IMG/VR virus record: IMGVR_UViG_3300027974_001530 | Reading direction: 5' to 3' (one strand) | Length of the DNA: 64,000 bases | Source of the DNA: a virus | Taxonomy: Duplodnaviria > Caudoviricetes | Translations under genes and position numbers: made by a program | The notes under the pieces: model-generated | Seen by the model: only the letters and a program-made list of their open reading frames with translations | Database searches by the model: none | What the model was told of the DNA's origin: nothing | Shown here: in pieces, positions 38,537-47,803 of the stretch | Layout: every line of letters begins with the position of its first letter | How positions within the stretch are numbered: the first letter of the stretch is position 1

Positions 38537-39033
38537 CTTTTTAAAGTGTTAATTATTTCTTCTTGGAAGAAGTTTTGAATTTCAGATTCACTGTCTTCAC
38601 TTTTTAATGTGTCTTGTAATCTTACGTCATCATCATTTAATACACTATAAAAATCATAGTCAGTTAAATACCCTCTTTTATCTGTAACAATAACTCCAAG
38701 AAACTCATCTCCATTGAATGTTATTTCTCCATAATATTCTACCTCATCACCTTTATTAATTTCTTCGGAGAATTCAAATCTAAATGGTCTACCTTTTAGA
38801 TTATATTTAAATCTCATTCCCTCTCTTTCATCAACCTTGTGAACATCTTCAATATCAAATATGAAATCTTCTGGATTACCTCCTCTTTCCGTAAAACTTT
38901 TAAAGGCTCTCAATATATCTTTTTCTGATGGTTTTAAATCTTCACCTTTATTCATTTTTGAATATAGGTCAAGTACCTGATCAAGATTTTCTTTTAGGTA
39001 ATTAAACTGTGATTCTGTAAGAATTATTTTCAT
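38533..39033 (-). CDS. tagged hypothetical protein
   Basis: MKIILTESQ. Confidence 0.85.
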   Translation of the reverse strand: MKIILTESQFNYLKENLDQVLDLYSKMNKGEDLKPSEKDILRAFKSFTERGGNPEDFIFDIEDVHKVDEREGMRFKYNLKGRPFRFEFSEEINKGDEVEYYGEITFNGDEFLGVIVTDKRGYLTDYDFYSVLNDDDVRLQDTLKSEDSESEIQNFFQEEIINTLKR

Positions 39034-39037
39034 TTTT

Positions 39038-39724
39038 TTATTTAAAATCGTCTCTTGTGATTATTTTTTCCATTCCAGAATCATACCATTCTCTTGATGA
39101 CCAAATGTGTGAACTACTAATAAATCCATTATTACTTATTTGTAATGTCCCTGTTGATCCATCATCAATTTCCCATCCACCATATTCCGATTCTAAGTAA
39201 TCATATGCCATGTTTATAATAGACATAGTTTTCTCATTACGTTCCCAAGTGTGAATATTCTCTTCTTTACCATCAACAGACACTGAATTTATTTGCCCAC
39301 TATCACCACCACCATCATATGAAAAATTAATAATTGATATTTTTTTTTCATTCATATATTTTATTGTATCTGAAGTTTCAATAGGAAATTTACGTTCATT
39401 ATATATATCCTGATCAACATATTCTTCAACAGAAACTCTTAATTCAAGTGTTTTATTTTTTGGTCTAAATATTGCCACTAACTGATACCCTTCAGTTTCA
39501 CTATATGCGTTATCTAATAAATTGTCAGTTGCAAATTCTTCAATAATACTAACAATAATATTCATTATAGATGACGGTATTTTTTTTCTACCTAAATCAT
39601 TACTTCCATATTCCCAATCTACATTTTCAATACCTGCCTCCCACATTGTCCATTCAAATCTTATCTCATTTTGTTCATAAGATGATAAAAAGTTCATAAT
39701 ATTATCAAAAATTCTTTTTTCCAT
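39038..39724 (-). CDS. DUF6878-like protein
   Basis: YDGGGDSG...YGGWEIDDGSTG. Confidence 0.75.
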   Translation of the reverse strand: MEKRIFDNIMNFLSSYEQNEIRFEWTMWEAGIENVDWEYGSNDLGRKKIPSSIMNIIVSIIEEFATDNLLDNAYSETEGYQLVAIFRPKNKTLELRVSVEEYVDQDIYNERKFPIETSDTIKYMNEKKISIINFSYDGGGDSGQINSVSVDGKEENIHTWERNEKTMSIINMAYDYLESEYGGWEIDDGSTGTLQISNNGFISSSHIWSSREWYDSGMEKIITRDDFK

Positions 39725-39736
39725 AGTTATAAATAT

Positions 39737-40090
39737 CTAATCATCAAATTTAAGATCCAAAGTTCTAATCATCCACATTGGTTTTTCTTTTTCTTGTAAT
39801 GCTTTTATCCATTCTTTCGCAGATGGTACGTGATTAAAGCAGTCTTCTTTAACATGATCCTCACCAACATATCTGGTATAAACCGTTTTTCCATCACTGT
39901 TTTGAAATGATGGTCCGAACACTTTTTCACATTCAAATATACCCTCACTATGGTGTCTAAACACCCTATGATATGAGTGCCCAATCCATGCTTTTGTTTC
40001 ATCAAACCATTCATGTATCTTTATGTAATCTTCAACTTTTCCTCCATATTTTTTAACAGAACTTTTTGCGTGTATTTGTGGGTGTGCCAT
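39737..40090 (-). CDS. DUF6915-like His-rich protein
   Basis: MAHPQIHAKSS...IHEWFDETK...HRVFRHHSEG...HVKED. Confidence 0.75.
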   Translation of the reverse strand: MAHPQIHAKSSVKKYGGKVEDYIKIHEWFDETKAWIGHSYHRVFRHHSEGIFECEKVFGPSFQNSDGKTVYTRYVGEDHVKEDCFNHVPSAKEWIKALQEKEKPMWMIRTLDLKFDD

Positions 40091-40105
40091 AATTTTTACT
40101 TTTTA

Positions 40106-40145
40106 ATAAATATAGTTTTTTACTTCATGTTTTTGTAGTATTTAT
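40106..40145. promoter_or_regulatory. back-to-back TATTTAT motifs for divergent genes
   Basis: Minus copy 40106-40112 (gene 39737..40090), plus copy 40139-40145 (gene 40152..40718). Confidence 0.55.
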
Positions 40146-40151
40146 TTAAAT

Positions 40152-40718
40152 ATGAAAGATCTTGTTAGGACTATACTTAGAGAAAATTCTCATTTAGAAA
40201 CGTTAAAAAAATATTTTTGGGATATTTGGACTAACGAAGTAAATTCAGGTAAAATACCTAAAATAGGTTACGTAGATATTCGTAGAAAAAACCTATCTAA
40301 ATATATTAAACAAATAGATAAGTGGTATAATGAATTTGTTGGTGGTAGTGATGAGTCTTTTAAATTATTTGATCGTTACATGACAAATTTAACTGTTACG
40401 GATGTTGACATGCGAAAAGCGAATCAACCTATTAACCCTGAAGACAAATTTGAAATTTTGATTACTCGTATTTTTAATAAATCTTATGACGAAAACATTG
40501 TAAAACAAACTTTAGATTTTGGTTTTATGATTAAAGATGCGACATTATTAACTGATGAAGGTAGATTGACTTGGGATGAACTTTGGGACGAAAAGTACGA
40601 TGATCTCTGGAATGATATTGAGAATTGGTTAAGAGGAGAACTTGAGGGTTATGTTCACACGATTCAATTAGATTTTGGTTTAGACTACCTATATATTGAT
40701 TCCCAATGGGATGATTAA
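40152..40718 (+). CDS. tagged protein on the plus strand
   Basis: MKDLVRTILREN; TATTTAT at 40139-40145 on +. Confidence 0.85.
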   Translation: MKDLVRTILRENSHLETLKKYFWDIWTNEVNSGKIPKIGYVDIRRKNLSKYIKQIDKWYNEFVGGSDESFKLFDRYMTNLTVTDVDMRKANQPINPEDKFEILITRIFNKSYDENIVKQTLDFGFMIKDATLLTDEGRLTWDELWDEKYDDLWNDIENWLRGELEGYVHTIQLDFGLDYLYIDSQWDD

Positions 40719-40720
40719 AA

Positions 40721-40752
40721 AATAAAAAAGTCGAACTTTCATCCGACTTTAT
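40721..40752. terminator. bidirectional terminator between convergent genes
   Basis: AAAAAGTCG(A)A...TCCGACTTT. Confidence 0.65.
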
Positions 40753-40756
40753 CTTT

Positions 40757-40987
40757 TTATTTCTTTATCATATGGTATTCCATCATTTCGGTTGCTTTAG
40801 CCACCGCTTGGTCTTTGGTTTTAAACCCACGTTCTTTAATATTTTTAGCGTGTATGATTTGATAAGTAGTTGAGGCAACTTCTTTGTTTTCTCCTCTTCC
40901 TGGTTTTTTTCTCATTGCATCTGCCGCGTAAACATCTAAAAAACCAACTTTACAAATGTAACGACCTTTTGTTGTGCCCTTTCCCAT
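40757..40987 (-). CDS. small basic protein
   Basis: ORF track; TATATTTG at 41021-41028. Confidence 0.75.
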   Translation of the reverse strand: MGKGTTKGRYICKVGFLDVYAADAMRKKPGRGENKEVASTTYQIIHAKNIKERGFKTKDQAVAKATEMMEYHMIKK

Positions 40988-41033
40988 TTTTTTATTTTTT
41001 TGTTTTAATTAATACTTCTACAAATATAGTATT

Positions 41034-41402
41034 TTATTTTTGATCTGACAATATGAAATTTAAAAAATTTCTAATTGTTTTCATAAATTTTTGTCTTTCT
41101 GGGTTGTTGACATTATTTGAACCAAAAAACCAATCACCAACCATATCAGTTTCCTCAACTAACATTTCAACAATTTTAAGTTCCATTTGTTTTTTATTAT
41201 TAAAATTATTAAATCCAAATCCAGGAAATCCTTCAAATGAATATTCGGTAGATTTTAATGGTTCCATATCAACCCATTCTCTGCCAAACTCTCGTTCAAC
41301 AACTTTAATCCTTCTTAATAAAAAGTTTAATAATGAACGATCAATCTCCTCGTGTTGTGAGGAGATTTGATCCTTTTCATTTTCATTTATTATTATTTTC
41401 AT
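41034..41402 (-). CDS. tagged RR-family protein
   Basis: MKIIINENE; FLLRRI. Confidence 0.8.
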   Translation of the reverse strand: MKIIINENEKDQISSQHEEIDRSLLNFLLRRIKVVEREFGREWVDMEPLKSTEYSFEGFPGFGFNNFNNKKQMELKIVEMLVEETDMVGDWFFGSNNVNNPERQKFMKTIRNFLNFILSDQK

Positions 41403-41932
41403 TTAAGAAATTTCAATTTATAGATTGTTGAGTTAATTAACTCCTGTACCGTATCAATTTGATTTTGAATATAACTATCTTCAATAGATTCTCTATTTTC
41501 ATCAATTATATCTAATAATTTTTCAAAATAAGAGATTGTTTTTTTACAGTTTTTATATTGTTCAATTTTAAATGTTTTGAAGTTTTTAATAATTCCGTAT
41601 TTACCTTGGTAAGATTCTATAATCCCATCAAATAAATCAACAACACCATCATAGTAATTGTTTAATGCATTGTGTTCAGCAAATGATTGTGTTTGAAGGT
41701 GAAATACGTGTGCTTGGTTTCTTGAATGTAAGATATTACAAACCATTTCACAAAAATCTTCATTACCGTCATCTTCTTGGTCATCCTCACCATCCTCCTC
41801 ATCATCATCGTCTTCTTCTTGATCGTTATCATCATCGTCTTGATCATCCTCGTCCTCATCTTCTTCGAACAATCTACGTTTTTTTAATTCTTCAAATAAT
41901 TTATTGGTTAGATCTTTTTCATTAATTTTCAT
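41399..41932 (-). CDS. ferritin/Dps-like protein (DUF5856-like) with poly-acidic linker
   Basis: HSRNQAHVFHLQT.SFAEHNAL..YYD...D...ESYQG. Confidence 0.75.
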   Translation of the reverse strand: MKINEKDLTNKLFEELKKRRLFEEDEDEDDQDDDDNDQEEDDDDEEDGEDDQEDDGNEDFCEMVCNILHSRNQAHVFHLQTQSFAEHNALNNYYDGVVDLFDGIIESYQGKYGIIKNFKTFKIEQYKNCKKTISYFEKLLDIIDENRESIEDSYIQNQIDTVQELINSTIYKLKFLK

Positions 41933-41958
41933 AGTTTTTTTTATTATAAATATATTGT

Positions 41959-42642
41959 TTATTTATAGTCTTCAGGTTTTATTGTTAAATTTAAATTAGT
42001 TGGTTCATATTCTTCAGTATAATCAAATCCATCTATTAAAATATCATCACCCCATAATCTTACTTCACCTTTAGATCCAACACCTTCATTCCAAAATCTA
42101 CCTTGACGTAAAGTCATTAATTCGTTAACAACTGTCCAGTAATCTTCATCATCATAAGAGTCATGTTTCTTATTATTAACATAAACTTTTGTGATTTGTC
42201 CGTCATCCCACCTTCCATAGAATTCTATATCAACAATGTTTTCATTGTTATTTGTTAATACATTAATAATATTTCTTGTATCTTCTTTTAAGTCATTTAA
42301 AATGTATTCCCTTTCAAATTCATCCTCTTTTTCCTGTTTACAGGAACTTCGGAAGTTTATTTCTTTTATTTCTGTATTAATAAGAATAGTTAAATACCAA
42401 TATTCATCAATATCGTAATTATTGTATCTATTAAACTTGTATTCGTATTCTTCCAATAGATCTTTAATTACCTTAACTAAAAAATTTGGTAACTTTCTTG
42501 ATTGTCTTCGATCTTTTACATCATATATTATTGATTCATCCCATTCCTCAATAGTATTTACATCCAAAGTCATATTGATTTCACCAAGAAGAACTCCCAT
42601 TTGTTTTAAAAGTTCAAAAAATAATATAAGTCTTTTATTCAT
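41959..42642 (-). CDS. divergent DUF6878-like protein
   Basis: Same architecture as 864..1562 (FYGRWDDG...FWNEGVGSKG). Confidence 0.65.
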   Translation of the reverse strand: MNKRLILFFELLKQMGVLLGEINMTLDVNTIEEWDESIIYDVKDRRQSRKLPNFLVKVIKDLLEEYEYKFNRYNNYDIDEYWYLTILINTEIKEINFRSSCKQEKEDEFEREYILNDLKEDTRNIINVLTNNNENIVDIEFYGRWDDGQITKVYVNNKKHDSYDDEDYWTVVNELMTLRQGRFWNEGVGSKGEVRLWGDDILIDGFDYTEEYEPTNLNLTIKPEDYK

Positions 42643-42671
42643 ATTTCTATAAATATAAGGCTTATATTATT

Positions 42672-43364
42672 TTAAATAAATTCAATCTCATTTGTTTCTG
42701 GATCCCAATCAATGGTTATTGGTTTGTTTCGGAACTCATATCGTCCGTTTAACACCGCTGCGTTGATAAAGTGAGTATTACCATCAAACACATAACCATA
42801 ACCTTCGTGGATGTGTCCAAATACGTGGATTTTAGGTTTGATTTCTTGAACTCGTTTCATAAGTTCTTCACAACCAACACTTACACTATCATATGGTACA
42901 TAATCCAATTTACCAAATGGTGGTCCGTGAGTGATAAGGATGTCAGTATCAACAGGTATCATATCCCATTTTTCTTTTATCTTTTTACCACGAGGAAGAT
43001 TGAATGCCCAATTATTAAACTCAGGTTGCCAAGGTGTTCCCCATATTTTAACCATAGTATCATAATCTTCACCAACCATCAATAAGTCATCTTGAAGATA
43101 CTCTATAGTTTTGTAACCGGTAAGTAATCCTTTAACTTTTTCGTTATCATTTTCAAATCCAAAATCGTGATTACCACATATGAATACTTTGGTATCGTAG
43201 TTATTGATTTTATCATACCACTTAGTAAAGTTTTCTATTTCAGTGATATAACCACGGCTAGTTAAATCTCCGGCGTGGACAAGAATATCTCCACCAGTCA
43301 AGAACCCACTAATCTTGTCGTGTTTGGTGTGGGTGTCGCTTATAAATGTGATTCTTTTTTTCAT
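42672..43364 (-). CDS. calcineurin-like metallophosphoesterase
   Basis: ISDTH, HAGD, CGNHD, ITHGPP, FGHIHE. Confidence 0.9.
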   Translation of the reverse strand: MKKRITFISDTHTKHDKISGFLTGGDILVHAGDLTSRGYITEIENFTKWYDKINNYDTKVFICGNHDFGFENDNEKVKGLLTGYKTIEYLQDDLLMVGEDYDTMVKIWGTPWQPEFNNWAFNLPRGKKIKEKWDMIPVDTDILITHGPPFGKLDYVPYDSVSVGCEELMKRVQEIKPKIHVFGHIHEGYGYVFDGNTHFINAAVLNGRYEFRNKPITIDWDPETNEIEFI

Positions 43365-43368
43365 AAAA

Positions 43369-43376
43369 CAAATATA
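43369..43376 (-). promoter_or_regulatory. sigma-A -7 element, leaderless type
   Basis: TATATTTG-N4-ATG. Confidence 0.65.
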
Positions 43377-43400
43377 AGTAATTTTATTAAATAAAAAAAA

Positions 43401-43637
43401 TTAACTTATTATTTTAATTTCACTTTCTGTTTCAATAACCACTCTTGCACCACAACTAATAATTGGTTTTTTATCTCCACTACCACAATACTTTATTTTA
43501 CTTGGTCCAAGTATTTCTACTTCATTACAGTACGTATTTGTTTTACCCTCCTTAATTGTGATAACAGGAAGATCTGTGTCCTTTGTTTTATTGGACCTGA
43601 CGTGGTGTTGGTTAACGTGGATTCTTTTTATCCCCAT
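43401..43637 (-). CDS. conserved phage-type hypothetical protein
   Basis: IHVNQH...SCGARVVIET. Confidence 0.75.
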   Translation of the reverse strand: MGIKRIHVNQHHVRSNKTKDTDLPVITIKEGKTNTYCNEVEILGPSKIKYCGSGDKKPIISCGARVVIETESEIKIIS

Positions 43638-43714
43638 CCTCTACCCGATTGTGACATCGCGTTTATTCTTTGTTGTTCTAACCAACCTAAAAATTTAAAT
43701 AGTTTTTTAATCAT
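43628..43714 (-). CDS. 28-aa peptide
   Basis: Manual translation MIKKLFKFLGWLEQQRINAMSQSGRGWG; overlaps both neighbours as in translational coupling. Confidence 0.5.
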   Translation of the reverse strand: MIKKLFKFLGWLEQQRINAMSQSGRGWG

Positions 43715-43923
43715 TTTTTATTTCTGTTAAATGGTTCTTTTTTAAAAACGTATCCTGAAATATCCAAGTATCTCAATAACTCCCTATCCCCCTCAATTAT
43801 TGTGTGAGGTATAAAAGACTCTCCTCTATCATGTTTCTTATTACCATCAATTTTAATCATTCCTATTTTATATCCAAAACGGTTTGCTAACCATTTAATA
43901 AATAATGCGGGGTATCTTTTCAT
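43711..43923 (-). CDS. hypothetical protein
   Basis: ORF track. Confidence 0.7.
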   Translation of the reverse strand: MKRYPALFIKWLANRFGYKIGMIKIDGNKKHDRGESFIPHTIIEGDRELLRYLDISGYVFKKEPFNRNKK

Positions 43924-43930
43924 ATTTTAA

Positions 43931-44305
43931 TTATTTTATTGTTTTAACTGCTCTAGCGTTAATATGACCTTCTTTTAAAGTTATTGCTATAAGTTTGTGT
44001 GTAAAAACTTGCATCCAAGCATAATCAGAATTATGGTCGGTAGAACTCCAATAATTAGTATTAACAAAATTACCGATAAGGTCCTTATTTTCATACATTT
44101 TTTCTAATTCGTCTTTAGTTGGTAATCTCCAACCTTTACCTAATTCTTTACACTCTCTTTTAGCATTATACCATGTTACCTCTGTTGGTAAATCATATTG
44201 TGCAATTTCTATACTATCAAGCTTATATGTTGTTCCTATTATCTGAGATACAGATGTGAATGTAATAAAAAACAAAAGGATGATCAATATTGTTTTTAAT
44301 TTCAT
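43931..44305 (-). CDS. secreted DUF1566 (Lcl C-terminal)-like protein
   Basis: Signal peptide; TWYNA...C...GWRLPTKDEL...YWSST. Confidence 0.8.
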   Translation of the reverse strand: MKLKTILIILLFFITFTSVSQIIGTTYKLDSIEIAQYDLPTEVTWYNAKRECKELGKGWRLPTKDELEKMYENKDLIGNFVNTNYWSSTDHNSDYAWMQVFTHKLIAITLKEGHINARAVKTIK

Positions 44306-44321
44306 AATTTTTTATTTAAAT

Positions 44322-44567
44322 TTAATCTTCTAAATTTAAACTATAACCATTAAGTATTTCTCTCATTTGTTCTCTTATTTTTTCACAAATCTCTATTTCC
44401 TCACTTGATGCTTCATCGTTGGAATAAAACTTAATTCCGTGTTTGGTTGTTGTTCTTAACTTTTGGTCAAGATCCCACATTGACATCTTCCATTTCATGG
44501 CATCAAGTGCCACTCTTGCGTCTTGTGATTCTTCTACCGAATCAAATTCTATTGTTATTTTTCCCAT
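44322..44567 (-). CDS. hypothetical protein
   Basis: ORF track; TAACTTTG 4 nt upstream. Confidence 0.8.
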   Translation of the reverse strand: MGKITIEFDSVEESQDARVALDAMKWKMSMWDLDQKLRTTTKHGIKFYSNDEASSEEIEICEKIREQMREILNGYSLNLED

Positions 44568-44571
44568 AAAA

Positions 44572-44579
44572 CAAAGTTA
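44572..44579 (-). promoter_or_regulatory. sigma-A -7 element, leaderless type
   Basis: TAACTTTG-N4-ATG. Confidence 0.6.
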
Positions 44580-44807
44580 TGAATTTTTTTCTAATGAATC
44601 AACAAACTCGTTGAATTCTATTTTAGATGGTGGTCTTCCATCAATATCACAACAGGTATTGTAATAATTTCTGATTTTATTGATTACCTCTTCTTTGTCA
44701 ATATTTTCTAACCCATCCATTAAAGTATTATCCCATAAGTTCATTTCGTCGTCTTCCATATAAAAATCACCATCCGACCCTATGTAAGGTGTTGTGTCTT
44801 CACTCAT
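44577..44807 (-). CDS. hypothetical protein
   Basis: ORF track. Confidence 0.7.
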   Translation of the reverse strand: MSEDTTPYIGSDGDFYMEDDEMNLWDNTLMDGLENIDKEEVINKIRNYYNTCCDIDGRPPSKIEFNEFVDSLEKNS

Positions 44808-44819
44808 AATATTTTTAAT

Positions 44820-45071
44820 TCAATTCTGTATTTCTTTATTTTCAAATTGATCCAATAAAGCAACTACACTTTCATCAACCAAACTAACGTTATGTAATTC
44901 TTTTGATGTTTTATAATCGGAAACATTAATTTTTGATTTTATTTTTTTTTCTCCATCTGTAATGGTAATTTTAATTTCAAAATCTTGTTTCGGTTTTGTT
45001 TTTTTATCTACCGGTGGTTTGTAACCAAATTCTTTCTCTTGTCTTATTTCGTTGAGTGTTCTTTTTTTCAT
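44820..45071 (-). CDS. hypothetical protein
   Basis: ORF track. Confidence 0.7.
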   Translation of the reverse strand: MKKRTLNEIRQEKEFGYKPPVDKKTKPKQDFEIKITITDGEKKIKSKINVSDYKTSKELHNVSLVDESVVALLDQFENKEIQN

Positions 45072-46081
45072 TTAATATTATTTTTTAATTTGTTTATATA
45101 TCCTTCAAGTAATACAATCTTTCTTCTAATACCAATATTATCCATATCAGATAACATTTTCAAGTAATCGTTTAGTTCATCAAGTTGTGTTTGTGGCTCA
45201 ACTTCCTTTTGAATCTCTAAGTCAGGAAATGTGTTTTTAATTGCGTTCTGTTGTCTGATTGGCATATCACCATCTGATAATTGGGGATCATCCCACGATG
45301 TGTCTCTTTCCATAGTGTTTTCTTTTATAAAGTTTTCTATCTCTTCTGTTGTTGCGGTAGCAATACCACCATTATTGGTAAATATTCTTATAAATTCGTC
45401 TTTTAGGTGTCTTGGTATTGGTTTACTTTTTAATGTTAAACTAAGTTGATTTGGTGTTTGATCTAGTGTTTTTTCCATATAATACGCCATATAACTATCA
45501 GAATCCATAGGTGTTCCTGTTAAATATGGTGGTTCTTTTCTATCAACACTTTTAGTTTTAAAAACACCTCTTACCATAATACCTCTCTCACCTTTTACTT
45601 TATATTCTTCAGGATTGTCCAATACGTCATCTAATAACTTATGAATATCATTTCTCAATGTTAATTCATTATTAGCTCCTGATACATCTTGAGCCATTTC
45701 AGGTGACCAAGTTAATACAATTTTTTTTCTTGGTTCAAATGTCATTGGATCATATAATGCTGGAGTAATTAATGCACCATTTTTAACCGGTGTATGTAAT
45801 GAGTTTGGATCAAACATTTCAGGAGTAAAACTTAAATTATATAAGAAAACTTTCCCATCAAATTTTGTATTATCACCAAGTTTCATTGTTTGTGCGGAAT
45901 ATGTTTTTCCCTCAATTTCTTGTACCGGTATATCCATAAATTCAATTCCCTCACATTCAGAAAATTCATCACATTTTAATAGTTCTTCTTTTAGTGGTTC
46001 TAAGTCCTTTTTTAAAAATTGATCGTTTGGATAAGACAGATTTTCACCAAATGTGTTAGTTAGTAATTCTTTTAGTTTCAT
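45068..46081 (-). CDS. hypothetical protein
   Basis: ORF track. Confidence 0.8.
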   Translation of the reverse strand: MKLKELLTNTFGENLSYPNDQFLKKDLEPLKEELLKCDEFSECEGIEFMDIPVQEIEGKTYSAQTMKLGDNTKFDGKVFLYNLSFTPEMFDPNSLHTPVKNGALITPALYDPMTFEPRKKIVLTWSPEMAQDVSGANNELTLRNDIHKLLDDVLDNPEEYKVKGERGIMVRGVFKTKSVDRKEPPYLTGTPMDSDSYMAYYMEKTLDQTPNQLSLTLKSKPIPRHLKDEFIRIFTNNGGIATATTEEIENFIKENTMERDTSWDDPQLSDGDMPIRQQNAIKNTFPDLEIQKEVEPQTQLDELNDYLKMLSDMDNIGIRRKIVLLEGYINKLKNNIK

Positions 46082-46316
46082 ATTTTAATCCCCATTTTTC
46101 ACTTATCTCAGTGAATTTATCGTTTATTGTTTCTTCTTTAATTCCATTTAAAGATGAGAAATCTTTTTCAAATTGTAAACCGTGTTCTCGGTTTGCATCC
46201 ATAATTTTTTGTCCAAGAATAGAAAGTTCATTTGAAGTATAAAATTCTGTTCCGTGATCAATGATTTTTAGTTCCACAAGAACTTTTTTGTCAAAGGTTT
46301 TTATTTGGTGTATCAT
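46056..46316 (-). CDS. hypothetical protein
   Basis: ORF track. Confidence 0.7.
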   Translation of the reverse strand: MIHQIKTFDKKVLVELKIIDHGTEFYTSNELSILGQKIMDANREHGLQFEKDFSSLNGIKEETINDKFTEISEKWGLKYETKRITN

Positions 46317-46318
46317 AA

Positions 46319-47596
46319 TTAATTTGATAACGGTGCTTTAATTGGTGGGTGTGATTGATAGTTACCTAATTGAATGTCATCTTCTAATAAACATTTACAA
46401 AAATTATCATCTTTAAATGATTCAAATACCTTAACGGCATCTATAGATCCTACACCGCACTCACCTGATTCAGTTGGCCAGAACTCAGTGTTGATGTTTA
46501 GGATTGGTAGTGTATATGGTTCTCTTGTTCGGGTTGGTACATTCCATTGATCAATTTCAGAATGTGATAATGTGCTACTGTCTCCACCATTATAGATTTG
46601 ATTAAACATTTCTTGAGTAACCATTTCTCTTCTTTCATCTAAATCTAATTTTTGACCAATTTGTTCTTTCGTTTGTTCAATATGATTCAAATACAAATGT
46701 GTATCACCCAAGTTGCCAATCAATTCATCAGGAATCATATTAACTGCCTTAGCAATTATTTCCAATAACAGGCCGTAAGATGCAATGTTGAATGGTAGAC
46801 CTAAGAATGTATCTACTGAACGTTGATTCCACATTAGGGAGATTGCTCTGGTTGGTATTGTATCTTTGTATTTTTCATAGTCCATACCACCATCCCCATA
46901 TTTTTCAATATACAAATCGACTCTTTCATCTAAACTCAACTCTCTTGTATAAACTTGAAATCCATAATGACAAGGTGGAAGCATCATTTGATCCAATTCT
47001 CCAACATTCCAAGCATTAACCATTAAACGTCTTGAGTCTGGGTTTGTTTTAAGGTCGTTGATTAGGTTCGCAATTTGGTCATTCTTAGGGACTTCTTTAT
47101 AATGGGTTACAGAACCATGATTCCAACCAGAAGGGACTTTTTTATAACCACCCCAATTTCTCCATTGCTTACCATAAATTGGACCTAACTCACCCCACTT
47201 CTTAGCAAACTCATCATCTGTTTTGATTTCGTTGATGAATTCTTCCTGAGTCATCTTTCTCACTTCAATGTTACTACCTTCATATTGAAATGTTTTTTCA
47301 ACCTCAGGGTAAATTTTACAATAGTTCTTATAAGCATCACCATCCCAAATATGACAATTGTTATCAACAAGGAATTTAATGTTTGTATCACCACGTAGGA
47401 ACCATAGTAATTCAGTCACCATAGTTTTCCAAGCCATCTTCTTGGTTGTGAGTAATGGAAACCCATCACTCATTTTATGACGGATCTGTCTACCAAAAAC
47501 ACTAATTGTGCCGGTCTTTGTACGATCCATTTTACGGGTACCATTATCTAAAATGTCCTGTAATAAATCTGTGTATTGCCTATCTAAATTATTCAT
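46319..47596 (-). CDS. thyA: thymidylate synthase with several insertions
   Basis: DRTKTGT, FPLLTTKK, ELLWFLRG, GPIYGKQWR, MLPPCH, QRSVDTFLGLPFNIASY, DTHLY. Confidence 0.97.
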   Translation of the reverse strand: MNNLDRQYTDLLQDILDNGTRKMDRTKTGTISVFGRQIRHKMSDGFPLLTTKKMAWKTMVTELLWFLRGDTNIKFLVDNNCHIWDGDAYKNYCKIYPEVEKTFQYEGSNIEVRKMTQEEFINEIKTDDEFAKKWGELGPIYGKQWRNWGGYKKVPSGWNHGSVTHYKEVPKNDQIANLINDLKTNPDSRRLMVNAWNVGELDQMMLPPCHYGFQVYTRELSLDERVDLYIEKYGDGGMDYEKYKDTIPTRAISLMWNQRSVDTFLGLPFNIASYGLLLEIIAKAVNMIPDELIGNLGDTHLYLNHIEQTKEQIGQKLDLDERREMVTQEMFNQIYNGGDSSTLSHSEIDQWNVPTRTREPYTLPILNINTEFWPTESGECGVGSIDAVKVFESFKDDNFCKCLLEDDIQLGNYQSHPPIKAPLSN

Positions 47597-47720
47597 CTTT
47601 GTTTAGTAATTTACGACCTTCTTCCCATATTGGTGATCCGTACATATAAGGATGTTCAATAACATCTTCAAGAAATTCCTCAAGTTCTTTTATTCTATTA
47701 TCCTTTTCTTCTTCCGTCAT
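47589..47720 (-). CDS. 43-aa protein
   Basis: Manual translation MTEEEKDNRIKELEEFLEDVIEHPYMYGSPIWEEGRKLLNKDE. Confidence 0.55.
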   Translation of the reverse strand: MTEEEKDNRIKELEEFLEDVIEHPYMYGSPIWEEGRKLLNKDE

Positions 47721-47803
47721 CTTTTAAAATATGATTTAATTTTCATCCAAACTATTTCGGGATAATTCCGTAACCACCAAAAAAATATATAAAATTTTCT
47801 CAT
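47717..47803 (-). CDS. 28-aa aromatic/basic peptide
   Basis: Manual translation MRKFYIFFWWLRNYPEIVWMKIKSYFKR; start and stop overlap neighbours. Confidence 0.45.
   Translation of the reverse strand: MRKFYIFFWWLRNYPEIVWMKIKSYFKR

Noticed and set aside
41662-41925. His- or Met-rich ORFs 41662..41859 and 41665..41925
   Set aside because: They are alternative frames of the GAT/GAA acidic repeat in 41399..41932.
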